From the NCBI GenBank assembly GCA_027604505.1, contig JADIIX010000021.1, positions 1 through 64,000 on the forward strand: a DNA stretch of 64,000 nt, given 5' to 3'. Numbering within the stretch: the first letter of the stretch is position 1; every line of letters starts with the position of its first letter. Positions 21,327-33,854 of the stretch are shown here, piece by piece. A model generated the notes under the pieces. The model was given only the letters and a program-made list of their open reading frames with translations. It was not told where the DNA came from and searched no databases. The stretch is from Gonapodya sp. JEL0774 (Eukaryota). Both the position numbers and the translations under genes were made by a program.

Positions 21327-22325
21327 CCTGTCGAATACGAGACATACACAAGATCAGCCATTAGACATGCAGAGTTCGAATTTGAGTACTTTGATCTGAT
21401 TTCGCAGACCTTACCCGTAACTCCTTTGGTTCTGGCAGTTGATCGCCACGACAAGGAACGCCATACCAGCGACACCGCAGCCTCCAGCATTCAAAAGAGC
21501 GTTTACGAATGTGACGTTATCCATGTAATATCAATCCGAACTCGGCGATGAGTAATGGGTAGGAGTTTGGGATAGAACAATCAGCCAATTCAACAAGTCG
21601 AACAGAAGACTTGACAAGATGTTGTGATCTTTTAAGAGATTCCGGGTGGGCGAACTCGAGTTGTTAATAGTTTGTTTCAGACGGCGAAGGGCGACAAGCG
21701 CTCTTTCTCATCCAAGAATTGACTGTGATTGATCCGTGCCTGCCTGATGGTGCTCGGCCTGTGGTGCTCGGCCTGATCGGATGCCGATCCCGCCCCCCGC
21801 CATCCCCCTATTCCATATGCAAAAGAACTCTGAGTCGTGTCCGCGCAAAGTGTGGTAGCACGGACCAGGAAGAGTTTTTACTCAGAATCTGCGATGCGCA
21901 GCTAGCTATAGGGACCTGTCTAATATTCTGGAAACTGTGGTCGAGGGCAATGAATCTTTGAGAGAAGAAGGCCGGTTTTCGTAGATATATTCACCACCAT
22001 AGATCATCAGTGAAAGAATTGTATTTCAGTGATGTTGATGAGATGTACAGGCCAAAGCAGCCCCCGGAGTTCGCGTCTTGCGCACCCAGACTGAAGGCGG
22101 GCCTGGTGCACCCTCACCTGGGCCGTGCACGGTGCAAGGCCAAGCAAAGAACCGTCTGAAATCCGAAGGGCGAATCTCCAAGATCTTGACAAAAAAAGGG
22201 AAGTCTCCACGAAACTGAAAATACGTTGAAAGATACATACGATGTGATCATGGCCAAACTATTTACAATCTAATATACGACGTCTTTCCCCAACTTCCCG
22301 AAGAGCTTATCTCCTCTGACGTGCC

Positions 22326-23639
22326 CTAGTCATCGTAATCCTCAACACCAGCAAGTCGCAGCCCGGCTTTCGATACAATCGGACGCTTGGGGATCGTTGG
22401 TTTCGAGTTTTTAAAGTAATCTGTACCATTTGGATCGTGTCCGTGTCCCTCCATGTCCCAAAACGCCTTCTTCTTTCTTTCCAGCTCCTCGGGGCTGATA
22501 CGGGATTTGGGAGCCATGCAAACGTACGCGACAGCTCTGTCAGAGTAAATGATCGAGCAACGTCAGACTTGAGATTGTTTCTTGGCAATCTGAGAACAAG
22601 GTCGAAGACAAACCTGGGGTAGGGTTCTGCGAGTCGACGGTTGTGTTTCGGAGCGGCACTGCAGTGTACAGTCCGTGAGTCCCAGAGAATCAAGGTTCCG
22701 GCCTGACATGGGGTCGCCGGACCAATTAGTATCGCTTCACTCACAGTCAATGAAAGACCTCCAAGGTTACTCACAGGTGCGCATGTCTTCACTTGCTTGC
22801 AGCCCCTGATATAAGAAAAGGTTTCCGTAGCGAGGGTATTGTAAGCACTCGAAGCCATCTTGTGTGCCCAAGGGATGTCTGTGACTTTCAAGTGACTGTT
22901 TTTCCAAACGAGAAGCCCTCCATCGTCAGGACCGGAGTTGTACAGAGTAACCATTCCCTGTATCGCCACGAGGCCCTTTTGCTTGGCGGGCTGGTCGACG
23001 TGGGCCCAGTGTGGGAATACTCGCCATTTGTTGGGGAAGTATTCGGGTGGTTGCACTGATTTGTGATTTGGTTCCGGATGAGCTTCGTACAAAACCCCTC
23101 TGGGAAACTCATCGAGCGGGAGGACTCACTGAATGAAGCTCCGTCAAATGATGTCAGTAGTTTCTCAGTACCCCAGAGGTGGGCGAATACCTGGAACATT
23201 CGTAGCGGGGGTTAGACTGCAGTCGCCGACTCGAACGATGAATTGCACTTCCTACCAACCTTGATAACTTTCTCGTTTTGCCGTACATCCCACAAAAACT
23301 GAGAATGCGAGATTCCCTGCTTGTGAATGACGCCGACTGGGAGCGCTCCGGGATCGGTCCACGTTGTCGGATCTTTTCGGTCAAACCCAGTCCTGCGATT
23401 CCCAATTACCGAAAGGCCATCAGTTCATACGTCTTGGAAGATATTGTCAAAAAAACGATGGATTCTAGCGAATCTTACCCAAGACCTTCAAGCCAGTCGA
23501 AAAAATCTCCCCGGAGAACCTCCAGCTCCTCTTGTGTCAATACTTGAACTCCCGCGAATCCATCGCGGTCCAAGTCTTCGCGGACGAGATCGAGCTGATC
23601 CATTGTACGAACAATGGGAAGATTCGTAGTTGGTGCCAT
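22326..23639 (-). CDS. Phytanoyl-CoA dioxygenase-like 2OG-Fe(II) oxygenase; multi-exon
   Basis: LDRDGF at the N-terminus, SFDG, HVDQ (HxD), IQGMV, DGGL...SH, and WDSRTVH. Confidence 0.85.
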
Positions 23640-23972
23640 TGAATGCGGTGTTGCAGATGTGAATACAGAAATCGAAGTTGGTGCCCCCCTTTTGAGGTGA
23701 TCGGTTTCGCAAAACTCAGCAGCCGGATTTACGAGATACACCGGTCGTCGCCGCGGGTAAACGGTTGAAACGAAAAAAAGTGACTGAGCTTTTCAGTGAA
23801 TCGTAGAGTCACTTGACTAATCAAGCTGAGTTACACGTCATCGTACAATCAGTTGGTTGCATTATACTTGTGAACTACGTGTCTGCGGAATCACTCCGGG
23901 ACATGATGATGAGTCTCTTTGTGTATCATTCGGTCAAATTTGCTCTCTCCTAAGTAGTCCGAGTGATTAAAT

Positions 23973-26900
23973 TTATGAACGCCTTCTCGGGGGTGGTGAG
24001 TGTCCTTCCACTCCCACGTCTCCATTACTTTTCCTCGCTCTCAAAGTGCTCGATGGACCGCTCACCGATGTGAACTCATTCTCTGTAAAATTGTATTGCT
24101 GCTGGTGAGCCACCACGCTTACGTTGCTCCCACGTGCATCCATCGATATATGCAGAAGTCCGGGTGTCAGCAAGTCCTGACCAGTAACAGCGAGGGGGAT
24201 CGAGACGCTATCAAACCCGCGAGATTGGGGCTTCTGATATCTTGCACTGAGCAGATTTTGTCCGTTTTGAGATTGTGTGGCTCGCTGTCCCTGCAATTTT
24301 GAAGATTCCTTGGACCTTTGCAAGGTGCTTGTAGCATTTTCATCCAATGTGGAGAGAAGCCCTTGACCATCAATTATAGTGGCGTCTCCTCCCTCTCTGT
24401 TGATGCGTAAATTCATGTCTGCTTCATTACCCGCATCTGCAAGAAGATCTTGCCCTGCGTTATTCATTTTCGTTTCAGACCATGGCTCACCAGTTACTGG
24501 GAGCAGCGTTTGTCCTTGCACTCCGAAACTCGCTTTAATTTGTCTCAATACCCCTGCATCCCCTTTGGTCTGCAGAAGATTTTGACCTGACTCGCCAGAG
24601 AGCGTTATTGCTTGTCGACCATCTCTGAGCTCGTCTTGGGATGCCAATAAATCTTGTCCAGGGTGGTTCGTCTTCAACCTGGACCCTGGCACAACGTCAT
24701 CGCCCACAATGAGCAACCCTTGGCCAGGGTACTTTTCTCTGACCTCCGTTCTGTTCTCGAATGAATCGCTTCCACCCTGATCGTCCTCCAAGAGCGCCGA
24801 AGCGGACATTCGCCTTGCATCTTGATGGGTGCTCCGTCGCTTTTGTGATGTGGTTCTCTGCTCCGGCGGTGGTGGTGGCGGAGCTCTGTACCGACTTTTG
24901 GGACGCTCCGGCTTGTCCGATTGCATTAATCCACTGGACTGAACCTGCTGCGCTCGCGGATCCAAGTGGTCCTCACTGGTAGAGTGGGAGTCGTCCTTGA
25001 CAATTGTAGCGCGGCGTCTTGGATGACTATTAGTCGTTTTGGTGCGGCAAATCAAAATCGTCACGATAACCTGTTTGGGGAAAGTGTGAGTGTTTTCGGT
25101 TGTGACAAAAGCTGATCTGACCACGACACTGACTGTGATCAAGGCAACGCCGCCACCGATTCCAGCAGTAATGGGGATAAGCAAGCCAGCTGTTACGTTT
25201 TATGAAATGAATGGAACTGCAACATCATCCGATTCCCAATACACTTTCACTTACTTGATTCAGCACTTTGCCAAACTGAAAAAGAAAAACTGCTGTCCTC
25301 TCCATACGAGTCGGAGATCCCGACAGTCACACTCGCGTTGCCATTCGGGATGGTGTACGCGCTGATGTTACACTTGCCGGGTGACTTTACGGAGAACGTG
25401 CAGGTAGCACCAGTACCTGTGAGATCGGAGCACCACTTGGTGAGGTTCATGGCTGGCTCGCAAATTAGGGACAAGTCGGCAAGGCTTATGGTCGACTTGG
25501 CACTGGTGCTGAGGAACTGGATATTCAGGGGGACCCGGGACCCACGTACTCGAACCCCGACGGCATCGTTTGCGGTACGCAGGGCACCACTCGATAGAGG
25601 CAGAAGCTCGATCCAAGGCCTATCATAGATTTCGTACTGGAAAGAGGCTATCCCTGTGCGATTCGCGGAGTCAGAAACCACGAAGGAAACGTTAGCTTGT
25701 CCAGGTGACAAGATTGGAGGAAAAGTGGCGGTGCAAGTGCAGTCGCCGTTGCAGGTCGTAGGGCATGAGGTAGATATTGAAGCTGGTCGGAGGACGGATG
25801 AGTTTGTTGAGGCGAGTACTTGCAGCTGGAAAGGAATGCGAGACGCAGAAACGAGAAGACTAAGTATCATCGATGTATTGAGGTAAGTCATGTTCCTTGG
25901 TGGAAGCAGCTGAAGCGTGGGAGCTAGGCAGGAGATCTCTGATGATTAAATCGGATTTCACAAGAGAGACTCTACTGCTCTTCTTCACTTACCTCGACCA
26001 ACCGATAATACCATCAATCCTGTTTCGCCCATGCCATCTGTGACGCCAACTTGTACGGCTGCCGCCGGCCCTCCTGCCAACCTCGCCACTGCCAGGACAC
26101 ATCTACCACCACTTATCACAGTGATTTTACACGGAATGACGGGCCAAGCCCAGCAGTCACTCTGCGGTCCCATAAGCGGCTCACAGCTGACGGAAACTTC
26201 AGACGTGGTCACCGTGTCTGGATTAGTCGAGGAGACAACTTGTATGGTCAACGGGGTCCGGGATCCACGAACTAGAGCGAAAAAGGCATCATTTGAAGAG
26301 GTGAGAACACCGTCAGCTGGTGGTAGAAAGGCGAAAGAGGGAGCATCGTAGGCTTGAAAAAGAACAGTGTCATTGGCGGTTTTGTTACCGGCGTCCGTAA
26401 GGACGAAGGTGAGGTTGGAGAACCCCAAAGTAGTAGAGCTGGTAACATTTGCAAAACATGTGCAGTTGGTACCACAGACTGGTGGACACGCAAACGTGGC
26501 TCCTAAGAAAGGCACAGCGATGCTGGTGTTCGACGATAAAACGAGTTGGAACGAAAATGGTGGTCGGGCGCCGGTCACTACGAGAGTGAGCCTGGAAGAT
26601 GAATTGAGATGTGCCGCTACTGTTTTCGGTGACACCGAGAGAGCGGGAACCCAGTACTTCCTTAGCACAATGGAAAGAGTTGAATTGGCACCCAGAGCGT
26701 CTACAACCCTTATTGCGAGCACAGCCTGCCCGTCCAATATGCCGTTGTCTGGATGAGTTAGAGCACAGTCACCCAATGGATTGCACCGCAGTTGAATGTT
26801 GCGAGGATCTACTACGATCGAATTGCTTGAAGACAGGACGGAGAGATTAAAGGGTGCTAAACCACCCGTCACCATGACCGAAATATTCCAACTTCCAGGA

Positions 26901-29083
26901 GTGACCAAGTGAGTCAAATCCGTAACAACGACCTGTGGCACTGCATACACATCAACTGAGAAAGTTTGATTGCTCAGAGTTGTAGTCGCGTCTGCCAAGG
27001 CTAAAGTGATTGTTGCGTTGCCCGGCGTTGTCGGCAAAGTGATGTTACCCCAGCAAGATACGTTCAGCGTCCTCTTAGGGCATGCGAGATTGCTCACAGA
27101 CATGACGCTCCACCAAGACTCATTGCTCGATGCCACAGCGCGGAATTTGAAAGGTAAGTTCGTCCCGCTGCCGTTCACCATCACCCGCACTGTCGTGATC
27201 GTACCTATCGGCGGCACCGTCACGACGAACCTCGTTGGCGATACCACCCTCGCCATTGACGCCCACGGGTCGCTCAACAACCTTTCGATCAAGTAAGGTC
27301 CCAAGAAAGGTGGCACTGTCATCCACCAGGAAGGTGCAATCTGCTGATTCCCGCAATTCCGATCGCTCAATCCCGTACTATCGACCCAAAAGCAGTGCTC
27401 TGGCGCCCACCAGTCCTGATATTCGGGGTCTGGATCTTGAAACGAATTAATACCGTCGTCAGGCTCGCCTGGGGCCCAGAGGAACAGGTCTCGGCGAATT
27501 TGAATAGAGGCAGCGTAAGACGCAGTGTGGTGAATCTCATCCCGGCGAACAGATCCATCAGGCCAGAATAGGGGCTGAAACAGATGAGGAGGAACGTGGG
27601 ACCCAGGGTCGGTGTATTTGAGCCAGATTGGACATCCGAGAAACAACTCACCCCCGGTTTCCCAAGACGGCCCAGCGAAGTCATGCCAATCCTGAGCGAG
27701 CAAATTCCGAGAAAGACGTGGAAATGTGAAGTGATGTCAAAGGATTGGCAACGAACTTTAATTGATTACAGGGTTCTCCGTACTTACCAAGCTCTCCCGA
27801 TCACGACAAAACAACAAGGGAAGAGAATGTAACCCGGCAGAAATGTAAAATAAGTCAGTCGCTCTAAACTGTTTTTCCATAACTTGCACTTCCGTGCAAC
27901 TTACCCGTTCGAGCCTCCAACGTCCAAAAGCAACAACTGATCCTCGCCGTCCCAGAGTGTTGCCATTTCGGCGAGATAGGTGAATCGGGAGTAGTAAGAC
28001 TATAATTTTTCGGTAGATTGGAGGATGGAGAGGTGCAACGTAGAATTTGTAAGTGTTTATGCATGCAGAAGCGCACTTCAAGTGGAAGAAATCACCGATA
28101 TCCTCCACTTCAGGTTCTTGAACTCACTGCTTCGATCCACGTCCAATTTCCTTGCACGAGTTTCACAGCCCGGTTACGGAATATGATCCAGCCGGACGCC
28201 AGAGCGGTTGAGAGGGTGCTGCGTGAGATAACAAGGCCAGACGACAAGAGTTGTGTCGGCGAATGAGATGTTGGATGCCATGAGGTACGAAGGCTCGCTC
28301 TCCACCAAATTTGCTTTGCAAAATTAAGATTTTCAGAAAGCACACCCACATGTTTTTACCTGGAGGCATAATCTCAAACAATGGTACCGGAAAGAACGGG
28401 TACGTCCCACCCAAATGATACCCCGACATGGCGATGGTTACATTCGAGTTGCTGGCGGTGTATGTGTTCCAGTAGCCAGCGCTGGTCTGTGGAGATTGAG
28501 TGGACAAGGTCGAGACATTCAGAGAGTGTTTGGAACTGCGCGATGGCAGAGTTCCACAAATATGACAGAGCGGTGGTTCTTCACCCCCCATATTTATCGT
28601 CTTGTCCAGTTGTCCTTTAATGAAAGAGAATCTGATCCGGCGTTTGATACGCCGCCAAGAGGTGTCAAAAGTAGCAAACTTTGCACGCTGTGCAAAGTAT
28701 ACTCCAGCAGCACCTATCGATATAATCCCGAAAGTTCATCAGCCGATGAACTCTCGTTCGGCTCAATATCGGCTTTCATCCAGGGCCGTACTCCCCTCAT
28801 GGATTTAAGTGCAACATGCCTGGCCCGTCAGACAACTCCTTTTCTCCGCCGTTCCATCCACTCTTACGTTTTGACTCCATTCTACACTGCATCCAGCCTT
28901 GTATGTCATTGTCATCGTGAGGTTGTAAATTGGGTATGGTCCATAGCTCACGGTAGCGCGGGGTGGGGGGATTTGGGGGAGTTGAGCAGCGACCCCTCCA
29001 ACGAACAAGGCGATGATAAGAAATTGGGCAAGAAGCACATGTGTTGGGGATCGGATGGGTACGAGGGGTTGAGAAATGGCCAT
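23973..29083 (-). CDS. Large type I surface protein with repeated Cys-containing beta-sandwich (Ig/cadherin-like) modules and a GQxLL-repeat cytoplasmic tail; multi-exon
   Basis: Signal peptide VLLAQFLIIALFVGGVAA. Repeated V(L)SSxN...C...C...G...(V/T)D modules at 25250-27200 with many NxS/T sites. TM LLIPITAGIGGGVALITVSV at ~25120-25185. The tail ends at 23973. Confidence 0.65.
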
Positions 29084-29574
29084 CCGTTGTTTCATTTCGT
29101 GGTGACTTTATGGCTCGAATTTGCACCGATTTGGACCGAGTTTGGAGAACAGCAAGGGGTCTGTCGTCTTATGATGAACGAAATCCTCGATCTTTGGTTC
29201 CTGCTGCAATTGGCGTGTTCCCGCTTTAGACAGACGCTTGGCGGGAGCCAACGATTGTGCCCATAAGGGCTGTGGCCTCGCACATACTATGAATGTGGAG
29301 AATAAAGTGTCTGAAGCTTACCTTTTGGTTTTCATAAGTTTGGGTTACAGGCTGGCGACACTTAACATTTCTTTTCTGAGACAAGTCTTGGTCGTCATCA
29401 TTGAGAAACTGTCGCTTTGGTTGGGGCAAGTCGCAGTGCTGCCACTCACAGCAGTCATGCTCTTACAATGAAATCATCCGCATATGTCTCAATATGACGA
29501 GTCCAATAATTTAAAATAGAAAGGCTGACTTCCGCTGATGCAGTCCTCCCCCCGGCACAGACGCCTTCTGATGA

Positions 29575-32236
29575 TCAGACACCATCCGATCCCGCCACAC
29601 CCGCAACCCACTCGTCCCACTTTTCCTCCCACATGTCCAACAACATTTTCCGTTCCTTTATCTCTTTATCTCCGTCACTCGTGCTCAGTTCGGCCCACTC
29701 CACAGACCACCTCCCTAGCATCTCCAACGCCTTCAAGAGTGTCACTGGAACGTCGGGCCGATCTTGCTCGAATTCTTGCTGGCTGTCCACTGATCCATCT
29801 ACAGATACGGATCGCGGAGCGGCGTACGTAAAAGCTAACGCTGTGTACAGCAAATCGTACCCAGTCAGGTTCGTTCCCGCCCCGTCCTGCCCCTCATCCA
29901 CACTTCCACCACCCAGTCCCCAGCATGCTGGATCGTCGGGCCCGATGACGATGGATAATAGGTGGTGAGATCGAGGTGCATCTGTGCGAACCGCGGAAGC
30001 AAGTGGAGACTCGAATCTTGCAGTAGAAGAGGGGGAGGTGGGAATAACATGGGTACTTTCTGCCGTGGCGGCGGCGGCGAGGGACAGAATGGTTGGGAGA
30101 TGGGTCCACTCGGTACGCCAGTCCACGATGCCGAGTCCAAGGTGGTTGGACACGGGTTGGGCTTCGATGCACGTCGGTGGTAGTTTTTGTTGATGAGCAG
30201 AAGAATGCACGTTGGTAGCAGTGGTGCCAGCGTCACAATCGGTCCAAGGTGTCTGAACCCCGTTGGAGGATGCAGCCGTGTGGAAATACGGAGCCAGACT
30301 TGCCACCAGTGCTTCATCCTCTGATTTGAGGTGGGGCAGCTTCTCACCTCGGTATCCGATCGCCACACATGAGAGACACCCGTGGCCAATCCTTTGTGCG
30401 CGTGCGATTCGCTTGCCACGCGTCGGGTCGTGACCCGGCACTCCAGAATCCTCCACCTCCACACCTTCCAGCGCCGCTCTCAAATTCCTGCAGCCAGCCG
30501 GAGTCCCCCTACCCACCAACTCCTGTCCCGCATGCCAAAAGAACTTCTCCACGCTGTCCACCAACCCAGGTTCCCTTCGTTCCACATCCCTCACATACTC
30601 TTCCAGTGTCCACCCGTTTCCCGCAGTATCCGCCCCGACCACATCAAACCCTGCCCATAATGCCGGGTGGGTCGCCCGGAGTGCGAGGTAGTCGCGCATG
30701 TGACGGGCAAGGTCGGCGGGGGATGAGATTGCGGCCCGGGGTACGGAGTAAATGAGACGGACGCGCGGGGAAGTTGATTGGGATACCAGGGTTGCAAATG
30801 CCTCAATTGCGTCGGTGAATGTCAAGGTCGACGAAATTTGTGGTAGCTCATCGGATCGTAAGATGTAGGGTGTAAATGGGCATATGCGCATTTCGAGGTG
30901 GACACAGGGTTGCGGTGAGAGTGAAAGGTGCTGGAGCAGCCTTCGGAAGTAACGAGTGAAGGTGGGGAGGTGGTGGAAAAGGCCTGCGATCCGCACGACG
31001 ATTTTGTCATGAATTTTGGTGTTGCGAGGGCCGGATTTAGTTAGAACGAGTATGCGCGAGGGTAGAGAACACATAGAGGTGAGCTGAAAATGTTTTGTGT
31101 GCAAGAGGGAGTGCCATGTAACCTCTGATCATTCCGATTCTCGTCAACATGAAAACGACTATCTTTTCCATCACCATGTCCTTCCCAACAATTGCCCATT
31201 CCACAACAACAACAGCATCCACCGCACCAATGTACCATAACGCACCAACTCACCTTCAAATGCCACCATCTTGCCCACAAAGGTTGCCCAGACCACCCCC
31301 TCCTTGCCCACATCGCCCTCTGTAAGTTCCATCTTACCCCTCAGCCACTCGTCGAATGCATGGGGACCGTCCGGGTGTGATGATCGCATGGCCGATACGG
31401 GAGTCCAGGGTGTGTTTGGGTCGGTGAGAGTTGGAATTGGGTGGGCGTCGGCGAAACGGAGGAGGAGCGGGGTTGGGGACAGGGGGTTGTGAAGGGCGTA
31501 GAGGCGGGGGTCGTCTGGAGAATTTGAGAATAGCGATTAAAATTGTCTTCTGCTATTCACTGGTTTCAAGGCACTTGTTGGGATTGTCTCTCAATCATTG
31601 CGAATCCAGTACGCCATCTGATTATCACGCATCAATTCCTGATAGATTTGAAAAGCATTCGTCTCGTTGTCTTCTTTTCGGTGAGCGAAAAGGAAAATGG
31701 AAAAGGAGAGGAACACCTGCCGCCCAACCACCGTTTACTCCAACGACACCCAACCATTGTGAACCAAGGCACGACTCAAGCCCATTTTATACAATTCCTA
31801 TTTTCTGTCGAAAGCTTGTCTGAAAGACGAAAGACGGAACTCACATGTCAAATCCTTGACGACCCAGCCGAAATCAACCGCTGCTTCTGCGTGGAGATGG
31901 AGGACAGCAAGAGGAAGTTTTTGAAGCCACGGCAGCAACTTTGAACGGCGTTGAATGAGTTTTCGGTTGGTGCAGATGTTCACATGTGGATCGATGTGCG
32001 CGGTGTTCACGTCGTGGTGTCGCATGGCGTTTAAAGCATTGGCGGCTTGAAACCAGATGTCTCGAGAAGGCATCGTGGAGCGACGTGGTTGTGAAAATGT
32101 TTGAGCTCGATTTGAACGATAGCAGTATATGTACGAACGATTCGGTATGATCGGCTGTGTAGTCCCTGCCGTTCTCGATCGTGCCCAACATGAATGCCTG
32201 GCCTGATAGGGAACGAACCATTACTGATACCAGCAC
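29575..32236 (-). CDS. Adenosine deaminase-related (ADA2/ADGF-like) protein; 5' end uncertain
   Basis: SKLLPWLQKLPLAVLHLHAEAAVDFGW (HxH), AGFDVVG, FFWHAGQ, RIGHG, PVSN and DDP. Confidence 0.8.
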
Positions 32237-32485
32237 AAATAGTACGTGTAATTTGAAACGTAATATTTATCTTGATCGCTACTGGAGACTGATGTACATC
32301 TGGGTTTCGGAAAAGGCGTTCCGATGGAGGTGCTGAGCGAAGATCCCCAGGTGTGTCGCGGCAACCTTTGTCTCGGCACTGCCTTTGTTTCCGGATACCA
32401 AACGTACGGCCGTCCAACCAGTCGGCATACTTCATCCAAATTATATCCTTGCCCCTCCGGCCTCTGGACACAAAAGATTTCTCAT

Positions 32486-33466
32486 TTACAGCTTGCTTCC
32501 TCCAGCCGACGCAATGCACTCAATCTCCACCAAACCACCGAGCACAGGTAAGTTCGCCACTTGGAACGCCGACCGGGCCGGCCGGTGGGCCCCAAATGCC
32601 TCGGCGTACGCGCGGTTCATGAGCGGGAAGTCCGCGATGTTGGCCAGGAATACGGTGCATTTTAAGACCTCAAAGGAAAAGCGGGTGGTTGGTGGTTGGT
32701 GGTAGGAGCGAGGAAGATTTGGAATGGTGGGTTGAGGTATGGCATGATGTCAGTTTTCGAGGGACTTGTCATAATGCCGCCTGAGAGAAGGAACGAGCAC
32801 GAGCTTGTCTGTAGCGGACGAGACACCCAGATCTTCTAAACCCGCCATTCACTTCTCCCCCAAAAGCTGTGGCGGGTATGAATCGTTTGCCGAGTAGAGA
32901 CCTTATGTTCATTATTGTCCCCAACCGTGTCTCCCATGTCCGCAACATCATTTGCGTCCGACAGCAAGCACTCACGCTCATGGCCAGGTATTGTCTCGTT
33001 ATGCCTCGCATCACCTTGCAGTCAAGCTCACCTTGTCCATGGAACTCCCCGCCTTCTCCAGAATACCGCGAACGTTCTTTAACGTCTGCACGGTCTGGGC
33101 GTAGCAATCACCCGCAACAAGCTCTTGAGAAACGATAGATACCAAATCGGATAAGTGACGAGAAGGTGGGTGATTCAATGCAAATGAAAAGAGCGCAGTG
33201 ACAGGAACGAAGTACAAATTACTCACTCCCATCCGATCCAAACCCAAGTTGCCCGCTGCCAGGTGTTTCCACAACGGGTTGACGGGTTGATATCGATGCC
33301 GAAGAAAATCAAAATTGACATTTGCGTTCGGAGTGGGACATCACTAAGAGCAAGGGCATAATATGTACAACAGTGGCCCTTACCTCACGTATACCGTGTT
33401 CCCGTGCTTCACCGCTGCGGCGAGAGGAATGGCAGGATGGGGGTCGATGATTTTGATGGCAGACAT
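32486..33466 (-). CDS. RidA/YjgF/UK114 family reactive-intermediate deaminase; multi-exon
   Basis: AVKHGNTVY, QTVQTLKNVRGILEKAGSSMDK|VLKCTVFLANIADF..MNRAYA, PARSAFQVANLP and VEIECIA. Confidence 0.9.
32742..32955 (-). ncRNA. Candidate structured intronic RNA (snoRNA-like) in the long RidA intron
   Basis: Nested stems 32814-32826/32927-32943 and 32840-32847/32870-32877, with terminal ATGATGT/ACATCAT complementarity. The intron is much longer (~360 nt) than most neighbouring introns. Confidence 0.35.
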
Positions 33467-33854
33467 GGTCGGGATGTAATCGGTGTTTGGGTCTTCCACT
33501 TCTTCGCGAACTACCTCACCCAGCTAACAATAATGTTCGCACTCTTTTCGGCTCCACGGCCCGTAGAGCTCTCACTCAAGGAAAAAGAATCTCTCTGTAT
33601 GTAGAAGGTGTGATTATCTGGGAGTTTTGTGAAAAGTAAAAGGAGAGAATATCGCCGATGTAGATGAAAACAAAAATTAATAAGTAAGAAATCGTCACTA
33701 TTGCCTGACACACTTCAAAAATCAATGACGATACGGCGAGTCCGGCGAGTCAGGGATGGGCCGCTTGATTCTGTCGGTAGGGATGTTGCCCAGTGTCCAC
33801 GCATTTGGTGACCAGCACTGACTTCTATCCCAATTCATTTGATTGCGCACGCCG

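Noticed and set aside
32760..32900. TPP riboswitch in the RidA intron (CTGAGA seen)
   Set aside because: The CTGAGA is on the non-transcribed strand and the other conserved TPP segments are not found.
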